A stretch of 64,000 bases of DNA, taken from Ophelia neglecta. Taxonomy: Eukaryota. Position 1 is the first letter of the stretch. Each line of letters opens with the position of its first letter. Below the pieces are notes generated by a model. That model saw nothing but the letters and a program-made list of their open reading frames with translations. It was not told the origin of the DNA and searched no databases. Shown one piece after another: positions 1 to 15,800 of the stretch. Position numbers and translations under genes: made by a program. Location: the NCBI GenBank assembly GCA_965285935.1, contig OZ260664.1:66278001-66342000 (forward strand). The letters are read 5' to 3'.

Positions 1-803
1 TGTGCTTTTCATGATTTCTCTGGCACTCAGCTCCCCTCCTCGGCAGTATACTGCATCCTTGTATGTGCGGTCCTGTTGGTACAAGTCATGCCTTTCGTCT
101 GAGTCATCATCGATGTACTTGATCTCCTGACAGGCTTTGTCTGCCCATCGTGGCAACTGTCGACTGCAATATCCATTCTCACTGTCTGCATTCATACTAA
201 TCCTTGTCTGCTCTAACTCACGGGACTGGGCCACATTTTCTAGTTTTTTGGCAGCCATTTGAACCACATTTAATGCAGATGAATTTCCATTGCACAACTC
301 AAGATTGATCTCACTGTCTGAAGACAGTGAATCAGACCCGTCAGCTGATCTCCTCTGACATGCCCCTGCAACACATTGCTCAAAATTGGACTTGGTCACC
401 TTTTCACTGCTTGGGAAATCTTTCAGTATTAGGTTAACCTCTGAACTATCACTATGGAGGCTGTCAATATGTCCGTCCACCAGGGTATTATGGGTGGTGA
501 TTGTAGTTTGTTCTGCCGGAGAGAGGAGACGAGACTTAAAGCTAGGTGACCTCCTTTGAGGTGGAGAGCTATCCAGTGACCTGATTTCCACTGGGGTCAG
601 CCTATCAGGTTTGGAGAACACTCCATGGCATGGAGGCCTCTCCACAGTCACTTGGACCTCCACAGATGTACCATTTTCATTGTGGTTGGACATGATGCCT
701 AGGATGGAATGGGTGGTCGCAGGCATGGTCTCTGGGGAGATGGCCACACACTGCTCACTAGAGGCTTCTGCCAGCCTCCCACATGCTTGTAAACCTCCAT
801 TTG
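1..803 (-). CDS. TULP4: TULP4 coding exon 11, long low-complexity linker exon, partial
   Basis: Acceptor ctatttcag| with exon start at 803, phase 1. I checked the frame and it is stop-free to base 1 (ANGGLQACGR...KYIDDDSDERH...). Confidence 0.85.
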
Positions 804-3800
804 CTGAAATAGTAAAAGAATATCTTAAGAATATAATTCAGGATGGACAAAGACATTACCCTTCTCACATTTACCTAATTGTATAAATAACTTATTAATA
901 GGGAGCTACAATGTCTGAGTGGTCAGTAAGGTAGGCTCCCAGACAACAAGGTCCTGGGTATGCCTCTCGACCAAGACAATTGTGTGGCTCCTATGGCAAG
1001 GACATGAATTAACCTGGAAGTGCCACTCTCCACCCAAGAGACGAGTGGCTACCTGGCGAACAAATGAATGAGGTTCTTTGGCGCTAAGGCAAATGTTCCT
1101 TGTAAGCTCCTCAGAGAGTTGAGATGGCTCAGGAATAAAATGAATGAGCAGATCCAAATGCCCAGGACAAATTTGTAACATCCTGTAAGCAGGCCTGAGC
1201 TAGATCAAGACGCTAAACCAGACCTCTACCTTTACCTTTATTAGCCAGAAAAATGTCCAGAAATTTTGTGCCTTAAAGATATGTTCATGATAATACCTTG
1301 TTCCACAAGGTACTGGAATATTTAATTCCTCCAGTTGTCCTACTATATCCAGAATATTATCACTTTTTATTGTATTTCTGAAAAGGACACAGCAGATGAT
1401 AACATGATTTATTGACACAGTCTGCTTTTAAATTGCTCTTTTATCAAGACATTGCAAGGGCTAGTAGTTTTCTATAATGTAATATGGCAATGATGACAAA
1501 CTACTTATTACAGGGACCCTAAAACACCCAAACAACCTAGATCAAAATACTTCTGATTAAAATTCACATTTCACCTTGACTGACATCAATATTACTATTG
1601 GTATTGCATATTGTAATAATTCATTCCTTTTGAGTACTGTGACATGACACAACGATCATATAAATTCCTAGAATTATATCTAATCTTAATAAGTATTACC
1701 CTTCAAACTGAATTCATATCAAGCTATGAATGGTAAAATTATGTTATGCTTCTTATGTCCCTTAAATAAAATGAACGGCTCACATGCAGATTTGGCCCTG
1801 AAGACCATCACAGAGATTTGGTGGGAAATTATAGGCAAAAATCATTTGCTCTTAGTCCCCTAGTAGGTCACTAGAATGGTGAGATCAATGTGCTTTTCCA
1901 TTGCCCAGGGTCTCCTTATGGGCAGCACAAAACTATAATTACCCCTTCCAGAAAAGCGATCACCCCTGAGACACCATACATCCCCAAAGCAGCAATGCAA
2001 TGAGATATGGGGCATGGAACAGCAATGCTTCAGGGAACTTTATTGGCAGATGGAGATGGTGGATTCATCAGGACCTCCACTTGTGCTGCATCACTGTTTC
2101 AGCCAGTTGATCATTGATGTATGGTGTAATACACCAAGAACACACTAGCAGAGTCTCCAGAATACAGTACAGGAATGTGTTAACTACCCTGCAAATACCA
2201 CTGAAAGCAGAGATTGTAAAAATGAGCAAGTACAATCCCAATGGAATAAAAAACAGCTGGTGTTCACAAATATTTGAAAAAGCTCTGTGGACACAAAGAC
2301 TATTACTCTCACCATAAAAAATGTATGTCATGTGTTAGGTTAGGCTCAACCAATATAATATGCTGTTCAGGCTATGTTTAATTAACAGTTATGTGGAGAT
2401 AACAAAACAGTGAACCAGGTGGCAAAGTCTGTAAAAAGTACCAACAGCTCAGATAAACTCCATGGACAGAAAAGACCTGATGAGAACAGTTTCTGAAGTT
2501 TATTTGACTCCTTATAATGTTGGTTTCAATGCATCTCCTCGGGCTAGATTTGGCAATATGAGAACTCGATGAAGTGTCCCATTGTCAGGATTTCGGCACA
2601 AGTCCCTCCACACCAGGCCTATTTTATGTTTGACCACTGCTTCATCAGGCAGCCAATCAATGGCACGGGAGATGCGGGATTTGGTTTTCGAGTACAGTAA
2701 ATGCATCATCTAGTAGCATGCCTAGGCCACCAATTGAATTATGAGAGATGATCACTAGGTCAATTTTTTCAGAAAGTTCAATCCATTTGTGGCATTGATG
2801 AATGTGTGAATTTCTCCCAAACACCCTGCAAAGAATAAATCTTTGCAGTAGGAGTTATGAAGCAACATAGTATTTTCTACCTAAATTCTGCATTCTGTAC
2901 AGATTTCGAATAAAAAGCATGTGAAATAACCATGCTGGTCACCAGAGTGTTACTGGCCACAGGATTCTTTCAATATCCTACTTGAAGAACATTTTATTGA
3001 AGCTTGAACGGGGCTGCCAAAACCTTAGGGGTATTGTTTACTTTTAAGGCAGAATGGAGGGTTGAAGAGGGATGGTAGTTTGGGCTTCTGTGGGAATTGA
3101 GTGTACAAGGTTCAGGGGATATGGTTCTAGACATCGGAAAACTAAGCAAAAATACTGAACGGCAGTTGAAAGAGCTTCCTTGTGCAATCATGCATCAGTG
3201 TGATTCCCTTGAAATTTCTCAGCAGTGCTCACATCTCACTTCGTTCCTACACAGACTGAATACCAAATTTAATGGAGAGGATAATATATAGCTGGTATCA
3301 GACCTATTGGTACGAGTGGCTGTGATCAAATGAAACAAAAAATTCAGATGGGGCAATGGTACAAAGCACATGATTGAGAAAAGTCCTTTCATGGCTACTG
3401 TTCTGATAATAAAAATTAAGAATACTTCTGAAAAAAAAGTCATTGGTTCTCCTAGGTAATATGACGAAGTATTTGCACATAAATGTATATGTACTTTTAA
3501 ACTAGTGAAGGGCTTTGCCCACGTATTTGTTTTTGTGAAGTGCCTTTTCGTAATTCTGCATTGATTGTCAGCCTAGCTAAACATACTAGTCAACCAAATG
3601 AGCTGAAGCAATCATGCATGCTCCAAAGATTTAGTTTCCATTCCTGATCCCTTTCAGCTGATTTGCAGAACAACATTATTTTCGGGGCTAATAGCTTCTC
3701 AAGAGGAACGTTAGCACTGCTCGGGCGTTTGTGACTGGTATCAGCATGTCATACAGAGCAATAGGTATTGAAAAAGTAAAGGTCAAGGATTGGGGAAAAC

Positions 3801-6800
3801 TGAAAGAATTATTCATTACAGATACTTTAATACTGCTTCTTACAAGAAGCAATGTATTGAAAAAGGAGTTCCAGAATTCATAATAATGCTACCATGCATT
3901 AAGATATACCAAAGTCACTGGTTCTTGGACTTTCATCTGATCTGTGATTTGTAACTGTGAAGGGCTGCTCAATACTGATATATTGTTTACATTGCTAGAA
4001 AATTAAAGGGATTCTATTCAGAAAACAGAACAAGTGTGTGCAACTTGACAAAATTAAAAATCTGATATGACAGAAGACCATGACTAGCTGTCCATCTAAC
4101 CAGTAGATGTCTTCTCCCCAAACAAGATAGAATAGGAAAAGACAAGACATGCCTTCCATCCATGTCCATGCAGGAAGGGCTCTGATATTGCAATTGTCTC
4201 TGGCTAGTTTTAGATTGTAAATGAAGAGAATAGCTGTGCCACAGAGGATGGGGATCTAGGTACACTCAGTATGCTCCTGAAATTGCTTGTTTTGTTCTAC
4301 CATGCATCATATAGACATGCACCCAAAGAGCAGCTATTCAATACAGTACCAAATGGAAGTAGTTTTGGCAGTATTGTCAAGAAGATTTGCAACTTTGCAG
4401 AAGAAGAATCCAAAAAGTCATAATCAGAGTCTTGCCATTTAGTTGAAATTCAAAACTAAAAAACAAGCATATCACCATATATGAAGCCAAGCCATAGAGT
4501 ATCACTGACTAAATGTGACCAGTGACTGCAGGTCTGTGCTCAGTTCCTGGTCTAGAAATCAAACTCTGATAAGGGCAGACCGTATGTGAAATTGAGCGAG
4601 AAATTACTGCATCAGTTTTTAAACAAGTGGGTCTGTCTATAAGATCAATTTAAGAGAGGTAATCATTTTGCCATTGTATCCTTCACCCTGGCCAGTGCCT
4701 TATATCAATCCCCTTGGTTGACATGATTAAGGTCAGCAGTCATCCGAGAGACGAACCATGGTGCTTTGATAACAATTGGAGCTAACAGCACATCATTGAA
4801 CCTCATAGCATTGTTGCAAAATGAAACTGGGGTATGGCTTTCAGAGATATCAAAGACATTGTGGGTTCTATTTATTGGAAAATATTAGTATCAAACAGTT
4901 AGTATTAGATGTATTTGCCAATTCTATTCCAGACAAATCTTTTTATTTCAATATTGCATTTTGTAAATCTATTCAAAGTAACATGAAGATGGTCACATTT
5001 TCTCCTACAGCTTTTTAAAACAATGTTTTAAGTATCATAGTAATATAATATTAAGTTCAAACATATTTAAAATCCATATTAATATAAAGTCCAGACAAAG
5101 ACAAAATGTTGTGTTTGGTTTAACAGTATAATAATGAATTTGTTGTCTTGCCAAAAATAAATAATCCAGTGTTTATCTAACACTACAGGGAAAATCTATG
5201 CTGTTAAAGAGAGTGATATTTGATGCTGCTTACCTGGCAATTCATCCTCACTCTCACTGAACTGGTTGGGGTTGTAATTAGGGTCCCGAGCCAAGGGCTT
5301 CAAGTCATTGCTCAGCTCCAAAATGGTTATGGTCATCTGTCTTGGCTGAAGGTGTAACAGGCTCGTCTTGTATAAGATCTGACCTAAATCATCTGGCAGG
5401 AAAGAGGCTAGGCCGTGAATCTTAAACTTGGTCCCCCATATGTTGGATGTCACCTCAATGAGTCTCTGAGCCTACAATTGTCATGTAAGTTAAATTTATT
5501 GACAAATGCTCTTTTACACATCAGGCATTTTAAGATTAATCAAGTTTTTTTTATGTGAAAGACTGCTGAATGACAGACAAAGAAGAAAGTGAACCGAAGC
5601 ATGGCAAGATGTTCATGTAGATGTACATGACCCTCAGCAGTATGGAATCTTCTACACTCCTACTGCATTACATTTATGCGCAATGTGGGTCTCCAGTCCA
5701 CTGAATTAAAATTAGCCTATATACCAGTTTAAAATAAGGTTAAAAAATCAATGTGCTTTATGCATATCCATATTTTAAATTTTACATTTTGTTGAATGAA
5801 AGGTCATGACTCTTCTTTAAATTAGTATTCTACATGATGTAGAGCATAGCCTAGAATTTTCTTTTCTTTAATTCAATTCAATCAAAATGTGTAACACTCA
5901 CAAAATAGTATATATAACAGGAATCAGTGTCATAGCCTACTATCATACATAGTGACAAGAACTTGTATGTAAAATCTACTGAGTACCTGATTCATTGCCT
6001 TAACTCAACATTACTAGGCACTTATTCTGACTTATTGCTTAGATCTGGTAAAATATAAATGTTGACGAAGACAGTATCGCTGGCAATAGTAATGCAGAGT
6101 TGATTTTACAATAATCAACACCTTCAGAAGTCAGCATTTACCGGGAAAACAGATTGCTTCTGGTAACAATTCAGCAGGTCCTTAATTCCCTGTTATGGTG
6201 ACTTACGTTGGCTATTAAGTAGTGGGCTAGACTAAGACTCGGGTCCCTGTGAAAATAGTGTGTATGTGTGTGTGTACATGTACCCCCATCCCCAATAGCA
6301 GTGCCTGTGACAGACATACTACATTATAAAATTACCATGCCTCTCAATATATCATCGGGCAACTAATTTGAAAGGAAGCTGATATATGAACAAATTTGTT
6401 ATGAAAAAAATTAAAAGTATCCTATTAGTGATTGTATTTTCACTTCAGTAACATGAACCACTACTTGATAGGTATGATGGAGAACATCTCTGACTTATGA
6501 AGGCGACAGGGCAGCTTAGGCTGATTAAGCTATGACCATAAAAAAGTTATAATTACAGAAAAAGAGAGCATACAGTACAGTTACATTGTATATTATAGCT
6601 ATTTTAACCCTGAGAACAATTAGGTCTTTATCAAATTGAATATAATGGTTTTGGTTTTCAAGGTTAAAATATCAGCTATAACAGCATTCAATATGTAAAG
6701 ATATACAAGTTCATTTTCAGATTAAACTGGTGGTGAAATTACAGCAATCAAACTATCTTGCCTTTGCTGCATAGAAAAGGTCTAATTACAAGGTCATCAA

Positions 6801-9800
6801 GGGACGGTTCAAACATCCTGTGAAGGCTTTGTAACCCAAATCCATGTGACAGTAATGTCAAAACAGGGCCTTTAAAAAGGATTCTCACATCGTAACAGCA
6901 GCATCACAGTTCAAAAATATACTATTAAAATTGGGGGGCCTTCATGAACAGTGGGTGATACTCTAAGAACCATGCCTCTAAACTTTAGGAAAGCACTATA
7001 CAATATCAACAACAAGTAAAGTGCAAAGGGCTTTTACAGCAATTTTCAAACCAATTAAAATACTATTTAAAATAAGAGTTAAATATAAAGAAGAAAATCA
7101 ATGTCTAGTGTAACAGCCACTAGTGTACAATGAAGTAATGATAATAAAATACCAAGTCAGGGTCCTTTTGGGGTGACTAAGGGTTAAATATTGAAATTCT
7201 GATAAATATACAAATACCTACAGGTTACTATGCCACATACATTTATCAATATAGGGAGGGTAAGTCTGTTTAATTATCATTACAGAAAAACAGCAGGCTA
7301 TTATCTTTTTAATATTCTATCATATCTAGAATGAAGCCACTTAACAAATGAGACTAAGGGTGACATAACCACAGTTAGGTTTAAAATTGTCAACAGTATT
7401 AAAACTGTTCCACCAAGTTTCTCATTCCTAGACAAACTATCGATAGATCTGGTGATAAGGTAAATCACTATATAGGTTATATAATCCGGTAATTAATTGG
7501 ATGAGAAGTATAGAATCAGTAGTAAAGAATCTCACCTCGGGCAGGTTGTCGTCATACAGCAATTCATCAATTGGCCGATGTGAGGCCAGACTGTCTCGGC
7601 GCTCAACCCTCTCGCGGAACTTTTTCAAGCGTTTCTTACGAGGCATCCTGGGTGAGCCACAGCCTTCAACCGTGTCACTGTCGGAATCTGACTCGATTGT
7701 TGAGCTGTCACTGCTCACAAATATAGAATCTTCTTCTTCTGAATGTAAAAGAAATATATCAGTTGCTATAAAAGCCGAGGACAGCAGCATGGGACAAAGC
7801 CTTTACCACTCCATACATTAATCATTGCTTACAGAATGTGTCTTTTTCAGGGCATGTATTTATACATGTTAACAGAACCATAAGAATTAAGAGAATTATT
7901 TATGATGCAAATGACAAATAAAAACGGAGCAACAAATTACTTTTTTGTGCATTCATGTAATATTTTTTCCATTTTTATCTCTCTGCTTCAGGCAATGGTT
8001 CATTATCAATGCTTTGAAATCCAATTTACCTGGTTTAGACCCATTTTTAATTTTTGGGTCATAAATGACAAATTCTGGGCGGAGTTTGCTGGCACGTTTA
8101 CCCTTCAGGAGAGGGATCAGTCCACCAAGGTACTCCAAATACAATGTGTAGTGGCCTCCGGAACTCTCGTCTCCATGACGTATCATCGTACAGTGGAGAC
8201 GTTCAGTGCCAGGAGGAGGAATGCACACAAATTCTCGTAGCCTGTATGGGTCTGGAATGTAGCCCTGCCAAAGAGCAATAACAATACATAAAAATGAGGT
8301 TCATGATATCAATGCTTTTATTTGTTTTATTAAAAAAAAAACATTTTTACCATCTTTGAAATTGAACAAAGTGCCAAATCCATGTTTACAAACTGTGCAA
8401 ACTAAAATGATCCACAATAAGCATAACACCCTTTTCTCTAATCTCCCATTAGTAATTTAAGGTATATTTGCCAGATTTAAAAACTCAAATTGCATGCAAA
8501 TGACTGCCATCTTTTATTTGAGGGGCCATGAGAAATTTTTTCCAAAAATTACACCATTCATGATCATGTATAATACCAAGTAGGCACTTCATTCCTGTAA
8601 GCAAGTACATCCAACCTATGGTGCCAGGCTTATTCCTTTTGCAGTCTTGCGCTAAGGAGCACCAGCATAAAATTTCATAACTCCCGTAGTATAAGTATCA
8701 GAGCATAGAAAAATTATCCCCCAAAACAATTTCCACTACAATATATATCATTAACAACAAAATGGTTTCTATGTGTCAAGGTGTTTCTTAGTTACAGCCA
8801 AAGCAAACTGTGGCAGCGGTGTAGCACTGGTCTAGCTGCTGGATGCCTTAAGGCCCTATACAGATCTGCCATTTCTTCTTCCAAAAAGGGGTGAGGCAAT
8901 TGAATATAGGATCAAAAAGAGTGACTATCTAATCCTATACTCAAACCATGTACATGTAGGGACTACCTGATTATTTGTGACACCTCTCTAGTGAGCAATG
9001 AAACATATTACTAATGCCTATCTAACAAGAACTGCCCTCATTTTTTGCATTCTGTCATTAGCATTCTCAGAATATGTCCCATGATCTCGGGTGAAAGGAA
9101 ACAGAAAGGTTGAGCAAATTTGGAAATATTATGCTTATCGGTAAATATATCATTATAAAAATTATAAAATTCCCGTTTGGGTGTGCCTGCTTATGAGATC
9201 ATAATTCAGGTCCTATTTGGGAAAGGACCAGCTAACCTGCTGACATGGTGATTCACAAGCTGTCAGTGGACCTGATGCTGGAGAAAATTGTGGCAGCTTT
9301 GCATCACTAAAGAGTTTTTGTCCCCCTTTTTTTTAACTTTCTGCACAAGGAAGTTTCACCATATGTATCACACATGCAAAGATGGGGCAGTTACATGGCC
9401 AAAGTTCAGCAATATTCCAACCATAATAAAGCATACCCTTTAATATGGTAACTTAATCCCCCATAGCCAGACCCTCTCACACAGTCACTGAATTTCACTG
9501 ACTGTATCCTCTTTGATTGCATTCATACATTTCCAACAAACCTGATTTAAGGTAATGCCAAAATTTTATAACTATGTGTCATAGTTATATATATTTCAAT
9601 CATAATCTTTATAGACACAGAGAATATAAACATGATGGTTAATTTCAAATTGGCTTCCTTTGAATTGCCAGATAAAGATGCCCAGAGGTGTATTTTCCCA
9701 GGAAGTTTTATTGAGGTGGGAATTATACAGGAACATCACCATTACAAGTGACATTAGTAGAACTATCGCTGTACAGTATGAGAAGTGAAACATGGCCAAC

Positions 9801-12800
9801 TATTGATCATTGCACTATAAACTGGCGAGGTCTCATTCAAGTCAGGGACACACACAAGGAAGTCATGACCTGCATCATGAGAGATTACCATGACAAGCCA
9901 CTGTTGCTGGATGTAAATGTAACACAGTGCAGAGCATTACCAGTTCAGATATTGACCAGGTTAATTGTATCTTAATGGAACAGCACACACCCCAATAGAG
10001 TAGAAGTAATTAATGCACAATAATACATACTATGTGGTCAGTTGAAACAATTGACATAACAGTGATATATCAGTTGTGCAGCATAGTTCTTTAAAACCAA
10101 GAAAAAACAGCAACAGTTTACGTAAAATGCAAATTAGTCCCAAAATCTCTTAACTACATGCATATTTGTTTGATAACCAACCTGGGACATTTATACTATA
10201 AATTAAAACATCCAAAAGAAAAGGCAAAGAAAATTGCAAATAATGGACTTAAAGGTGCAGTATCCAGATAAAAAACATTTATGTCAAACAGGATCACAAA
10301 GTAGCATACAAATACAATAAATGAGGGCCATCTGTAAACTAGTGCATGAATGTCTAAGACATAAAGTGACAGCAATTAAAAAGGGCCAAAAAATATCCAA
10401 AGCTATTTGCAGGCCATGCTTCATCAACAACTAATTGCCATCAGATGGGAGATGCATTATATAGCACTATCATCTGAGCAAATGCCTCACACAAAGGATA
10501 TTTTCATGCTACAGCAACTACATTTTACAAAGCAGTTGCACTTAAAGTCCGATTCAAGGTCTGCAGACACTTTATTTTCTTTCCCTAAGGGTCTGGTAGT
10601 TGATCAAAAGCTAAATTGAAATCACAGCCCAAAAAGCAATACATCCTGTTCTGATTGGAGGCCAGATATATGCGGCAGACTCTGTGACACGAGAAACTGC
10701 TCCTGCTCCGTGGTAAACAACACCCCCTGTGGGTCCCATGTGCACTTGCCTTCCACAACGTATCCTGCCAGCCTCTTTACTTTACTCCCATGACCAGCTT
10801 TGGTTGAGATTGCCACACTGAACAATGGAATTCTGGCTTTTGACCACCAAAAAAGGAAAGGACCACTAGATAATAGAAAGCCAGAGAAGTGTAAGTGGAA
10901 TGGCTGAAAGAGCTATGACCTGCAAACCTGTCAGCCTGCCAGGGGCTGTTTGCCTGCAACAGACAATTGTTTGTTTATGGCCAATTGTTCATGCAATTTT
11001 CTCTTGTAAACCAATATAATATTTTACTGCTTGTTTATTCAGCCAGTGGCGATTATTTCTCCTTGTACTTCTTTTTGCATGCAACAAAAGGTAACAGAAA
11101 TGAATAATGAACACTGTTACTGTTGTTAGCCAAGAGCTATATATTGTTCTAATGGCACCAGCATTTGATACAAATCTATCTTTAGGGTGTAATCAACCAG
11201 AGTTTCAATGTAATAGCCATGCATTTCCCTTGACTGATGGTAGCTACCCCAAATGCCTTCTTGCTTATGAATTTTATGGCCAACAAAAAAGCCTTTATTC
11301 ACAGAAAGACCACATGTGTCCTCTAGATTGTAGGTTAGTTTTGATAGTATAAAGACAATGAGAGATACTTACCATCCCTTTTTAAACAATGTTTCCTTGA
11401 AAGCACAGAACAGTAAACTGCATTGGTGCTTTAATTGTCCATCTGAGGTATTCCACTTGCTTTTTATATTAGCCAGACATTTGCAAAGAATCCTATTGTT
11501 CTACAGATTGTGAAAAATCATCTAGGAACAGCTAACTGTGATATAGGGAAAGTGATTTCTGTAAAGCCAAGACTATTAGCAGATTAACCAGGCTAATACT
11601 AGACAAATCTTCAGGCCCAGCAGAAAGTTGCCTGGCGTTAGGTTGCACCTTGGCTGCTTTCTGTTTTAAACAGGTAGTTTGGAAATGAAAATAAGAGAAG
11701 TCATGACATAATCCATATTTATTGTGTCTACCTGCTTAGCTATCCAATCTTACTGACGTGACAGTTGACTGCCACTAAGGCAAGAGACCTACAAGTAAAG
11801 CCTGTAACTTGATTCAATGAGACAGACACAATGTGCATGACAAAGCATGTTCTGCATCTTCAAAGCTGCCCATCTGTCTCCTTTGTTCATGACATTGATT
11901 CCAGGTATGTTAGCAGCATGGATGACAATGTTCAGAGTATGGGATTTTGTCTTATCAAGCATTTCAGGACCAAAGAAGGCTGATCTTGATGCAAGTTGAA
12001 CTTCCTACACAATCAATAACCAAAGCAATTGCAGAAGGCAAATCAAATTACTACCACAAACTAATCAGGGAAGTTGGCATGAGAATTTATCCAACCCATC
12101 CCCTACAAAAGGAAATACTATTTCTCCTCTCCTCATCATTAATCTGAGTATGCTTAGTACATGGTTACACACAGCTTTTTCATTTGAGCACAACTCTCTC
12201 AATATGCCGTCCAAATATCCATGTTTAGTTTTCCCATCTTTCTCCCTTTTTGCAGGGGACTATTGCCCAGGGAGTTGGAGAGAAGTAGCCTTAAACCAAT
12301 AATGTCATGCCTAGTGCGGAAGTTCCTTTATTCTGCTCATGATATGTCAAAGCTCATGTTTGCAACAGCCATGAAGGCACTATCACAGTGTTTGTTAGCT
12401 TACTCAGCATGGAAGCTATAGAATAGCAGAAAATGTCATGCAAGGCACAAGGAAGTTGTACTCAATCACCTAGGTTTAAAGAATGTGAAAATAGGTTTAA
12501 TCCTTGTTGTGTTTAGCAGGGCACAAGACTCATAAAAGTATGAAATACCCTTTACATCATAACATACGAGGTCACTGACTTATTTAGACTATTAGTACAT
12601 GTATAGACCCTTGTATTGAAGAACCTCTTATGAGAAACAAAAACAGTTGATATGAAAGCTTAGACTTATCACTACACTAAGCCACTCTGCTTCACCTACA
12701 TACTGGTGTTGTATTGCCTATGGGGGTGGGTGGGGGGGGGGGGAGGGGAGGGACAAGTATAATGGGTGACTTAATGATCAGCCTGTCTCTTCCAAGGACA

Positions 12801-15800
12801 ACACCTAACCACAACTACACTCAGTGGACTGCCTAATGTTGTGTGTTCAGGCTTGGAGCAATGTGCATCCAGCTTTAAATCAAACCTGATTATCTTGCTG
12901 CCTGATTAGGACCTGGGATCCTTGATATAATTACTTCATTTCAAAGGAAAGGAGACAGGAATAAGACAAGAATTAATGCCTATAGAGTTGTAAGATATTT
13001 GACTAACAGATTTACAGGAGTAGAGTCACATCACCTTCACAAAAATATACATAAAAACTGATTGTCAACAACAATCATGAGGCAAAGCACAGTACAATCT
13101 TGAACTGCTGTACCTCTGTTCAGAGGCTACAATTCTTATGTCAACGACCACCAGAACTGGTGTTCATGACTATGAAAAATGACTGCACTTCATAACTGTT
13201 AAGATTGTAAGGACCTATCTGAGCAGGTCTTCATGACTAATAATTGAATGAAAGGTTTAAATTCCAGTTGAATATCACCGGTCCGGGCACATCATTATGT
13301 CCTTAACTCATTCACTGCTGACTTTCCTGTAAGTGAAGGGATTTTGGATCAGATAACTCCTCAACCGCAGTGAATTAGTTACTATGCTAGTATAATGCTT
13401 CATCATGTGCCATTGCAGCCCTTTCAGTAACTTTTTAAGTAAATGGTTTATTCTCAATAGTAGGGGGCAGTACTTACAACATCGGTGAAAAAAAAGTAAA
13501 AGCTGTCTGCTGTCCCCTCTCACTCCTCCTCATAAACCAGGGACATAGTAAATGACACAAATACTTACGCTCTACATGTCATGGTCGTCAATGAAGCAAA
13601 CGTAGTGGGTTACAAGGGATGCTTGCATTACTTTCCAGTTATTTCAGCTTTTCTGGGCATTTCTGCACCATGCAGGCGCTATATTCTCTGTTCAATGAGA
13701 CATAAACGGACCATAAAATAAGCTAATATTAATCAAAAAACCCCTGAAACTAGGTGGCCAAAAGAATTCAGATGGCTATATTGGGACATATATTACAGAA
13801 TATGTTATTTCCTGTGCATGTAGCTATTACTTAGTTAATACGAAGAAAGTCCAATCATTAGTTTCACATTTCACATTTACTATAGACTTTGTTGTTTTGG
13901 GGTTCCAGGGCTGGCCCAACCACTATCAACGGCACCTGCGATGAGTAATGTTGGTAAACATCAAATGGGGTAATCATATAGACCCATATACATTAACATG
14001 TCATAGGCGCCCCATAGATAGGGTGTTTGCTGATGCTTTGTGGTTACTCGCATACTATACTAGTTAGCTAGTTAACATCATGAATATTATAGTAAAATCT
14101 GTGAAATGATACAAAATACAAATTCACCAATTTCAGGTTTATATGTATTTAGCAGCAAGAGTATAGAGAATACTTTGAACCATTGTGCCTGGCATCTTGT
14201 ATCCACATTCCTTTATCATGTGATTTAAAGGAAAACCAGTGTTGGAAGTGGGCGCTCAACCACTGTACAATGTTGAGTAAATCTGAAGCCTTCAACTTTA
14301 GCTCAGCCAGAGAGTTCCCCCTCCCTTACCCACCCCCAACATTTCAACTATAATATGTGGGTTATTTTTGACTGAGAGAAATGAAAGAATGCTTTTTTAT
14401 GGGACCCATAAATATTGAGGTACCCCCAGTATGCATTTTTCTGTTAACACTGCTCACATACTTTCTTGTATGCGTTCAATGATCTTTTGAACATTAATAG
14501 CTGATTAATACCTGTATCAACAATAAGGACTCACTCAACCACAAGCACCCATCCATCAGAATTTGACAGATAGCTCCTTTGATCCGACCGAGATGCGATA
14601 CATTTTAACTCTGTTCAAAGGATTACTGGTCAAGTTGAAAGATATTGAGACAAACCCTTGTGTAACTACCAACACATAACACGTTCAGCACAGCAAACAT
14701 TACCTATATATTGTTGCTAAATGTTTGTGGTAGACTCTTGACCCATTCCCGAGGGCATACGCTCACACAACCATTTATCGCAATTGCAAAATCCATCAGG
14801 TACGTCAAGAAAAGTTAACTTGCCGGTTTAAATTATATTTGTTATTGATGAAGCATACCAAGACAAGGCCAATACATTATAGGTATGTATAGCTGACTTT
14901 TGTAGTGCCCAATCTTTCCCAGATATGTTCCCAAGCATGACCATGAGTTACCACTTGCAGAAAGAAATATAAAGGACAAAATTATGGCTCAGATACTAAA
15001 TGATGACCTCAAACACCACTACAGACAAAAAGATGAGAAAATTATCATATCTTAATATTGAGTAATAAAAGAGCAAACTAAGAGAAAACTGAAAAAAGTC
15101 CTGTCATATCTTCCACTTTACCATTAAAGGCTTGATAATTTCACAACCAGCCATGGCAGGAAGGCTGGACATTATCTTGCTTAGCTTTAACATATCGGCC
15201 TACATTTGGTATGCTTTATCAATATCAAAGGCAAATTTAAAATGAATGAAAAGTTTAATTTTCCTGAGCTACCATGTGGAGTTGACAACTTTGGGTATTG
15301 GTCGCACAGGAATATGTCTGCTGGCTTGTGTGGGTGGATGGTCTACCGTAATGTTCAAGGTCAAATCATTAATATCATAATTTCAGCCTATCTTCATAGA
15401 CGTTAGGCACATAGAAATGGTTTGACATTATAGTACAGGACTAGGCGTCACTATGAACAGTTTATATTCTGACAGCACATCCTTCAGACAATGTCTAAAT
15501 TTTAAGTGTATGTGCTCTTGTGAATAACTGACAATTAGTGTGTAAGATCGAAGTAAACATGAAAAAAAGATTAGAAAACCAATCAATTTCAAAGCAATGC
15601 ATGTATTCCAAGATTTTTAATGGTATATTACAGATGAAGCTTTCATCATTGACATTCTTTAACCCACAAAGTCAGAGTCAATATATCCTCTTGATCCTTT
15701 CCTAGAGTGATAGCACAAATGCATCTTGTTTCACTGTTTCAGTCGCTCATTTCAGAACTGGCACATGCATCATCTCTGATTGCTGACTTAGGGCAGCTGC

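Noticed and set aside
2068-2331. Alternative TULP4 exon or independent ORF
   Set aside because: An acceptor-like site is present, but the required phase hits TAG after five codons. No donor or homology support.
12722-12752. G-quadruplex-forming G-run
   Set aside because: A simple poly-G tract like several others in the window, with no evidence of function.
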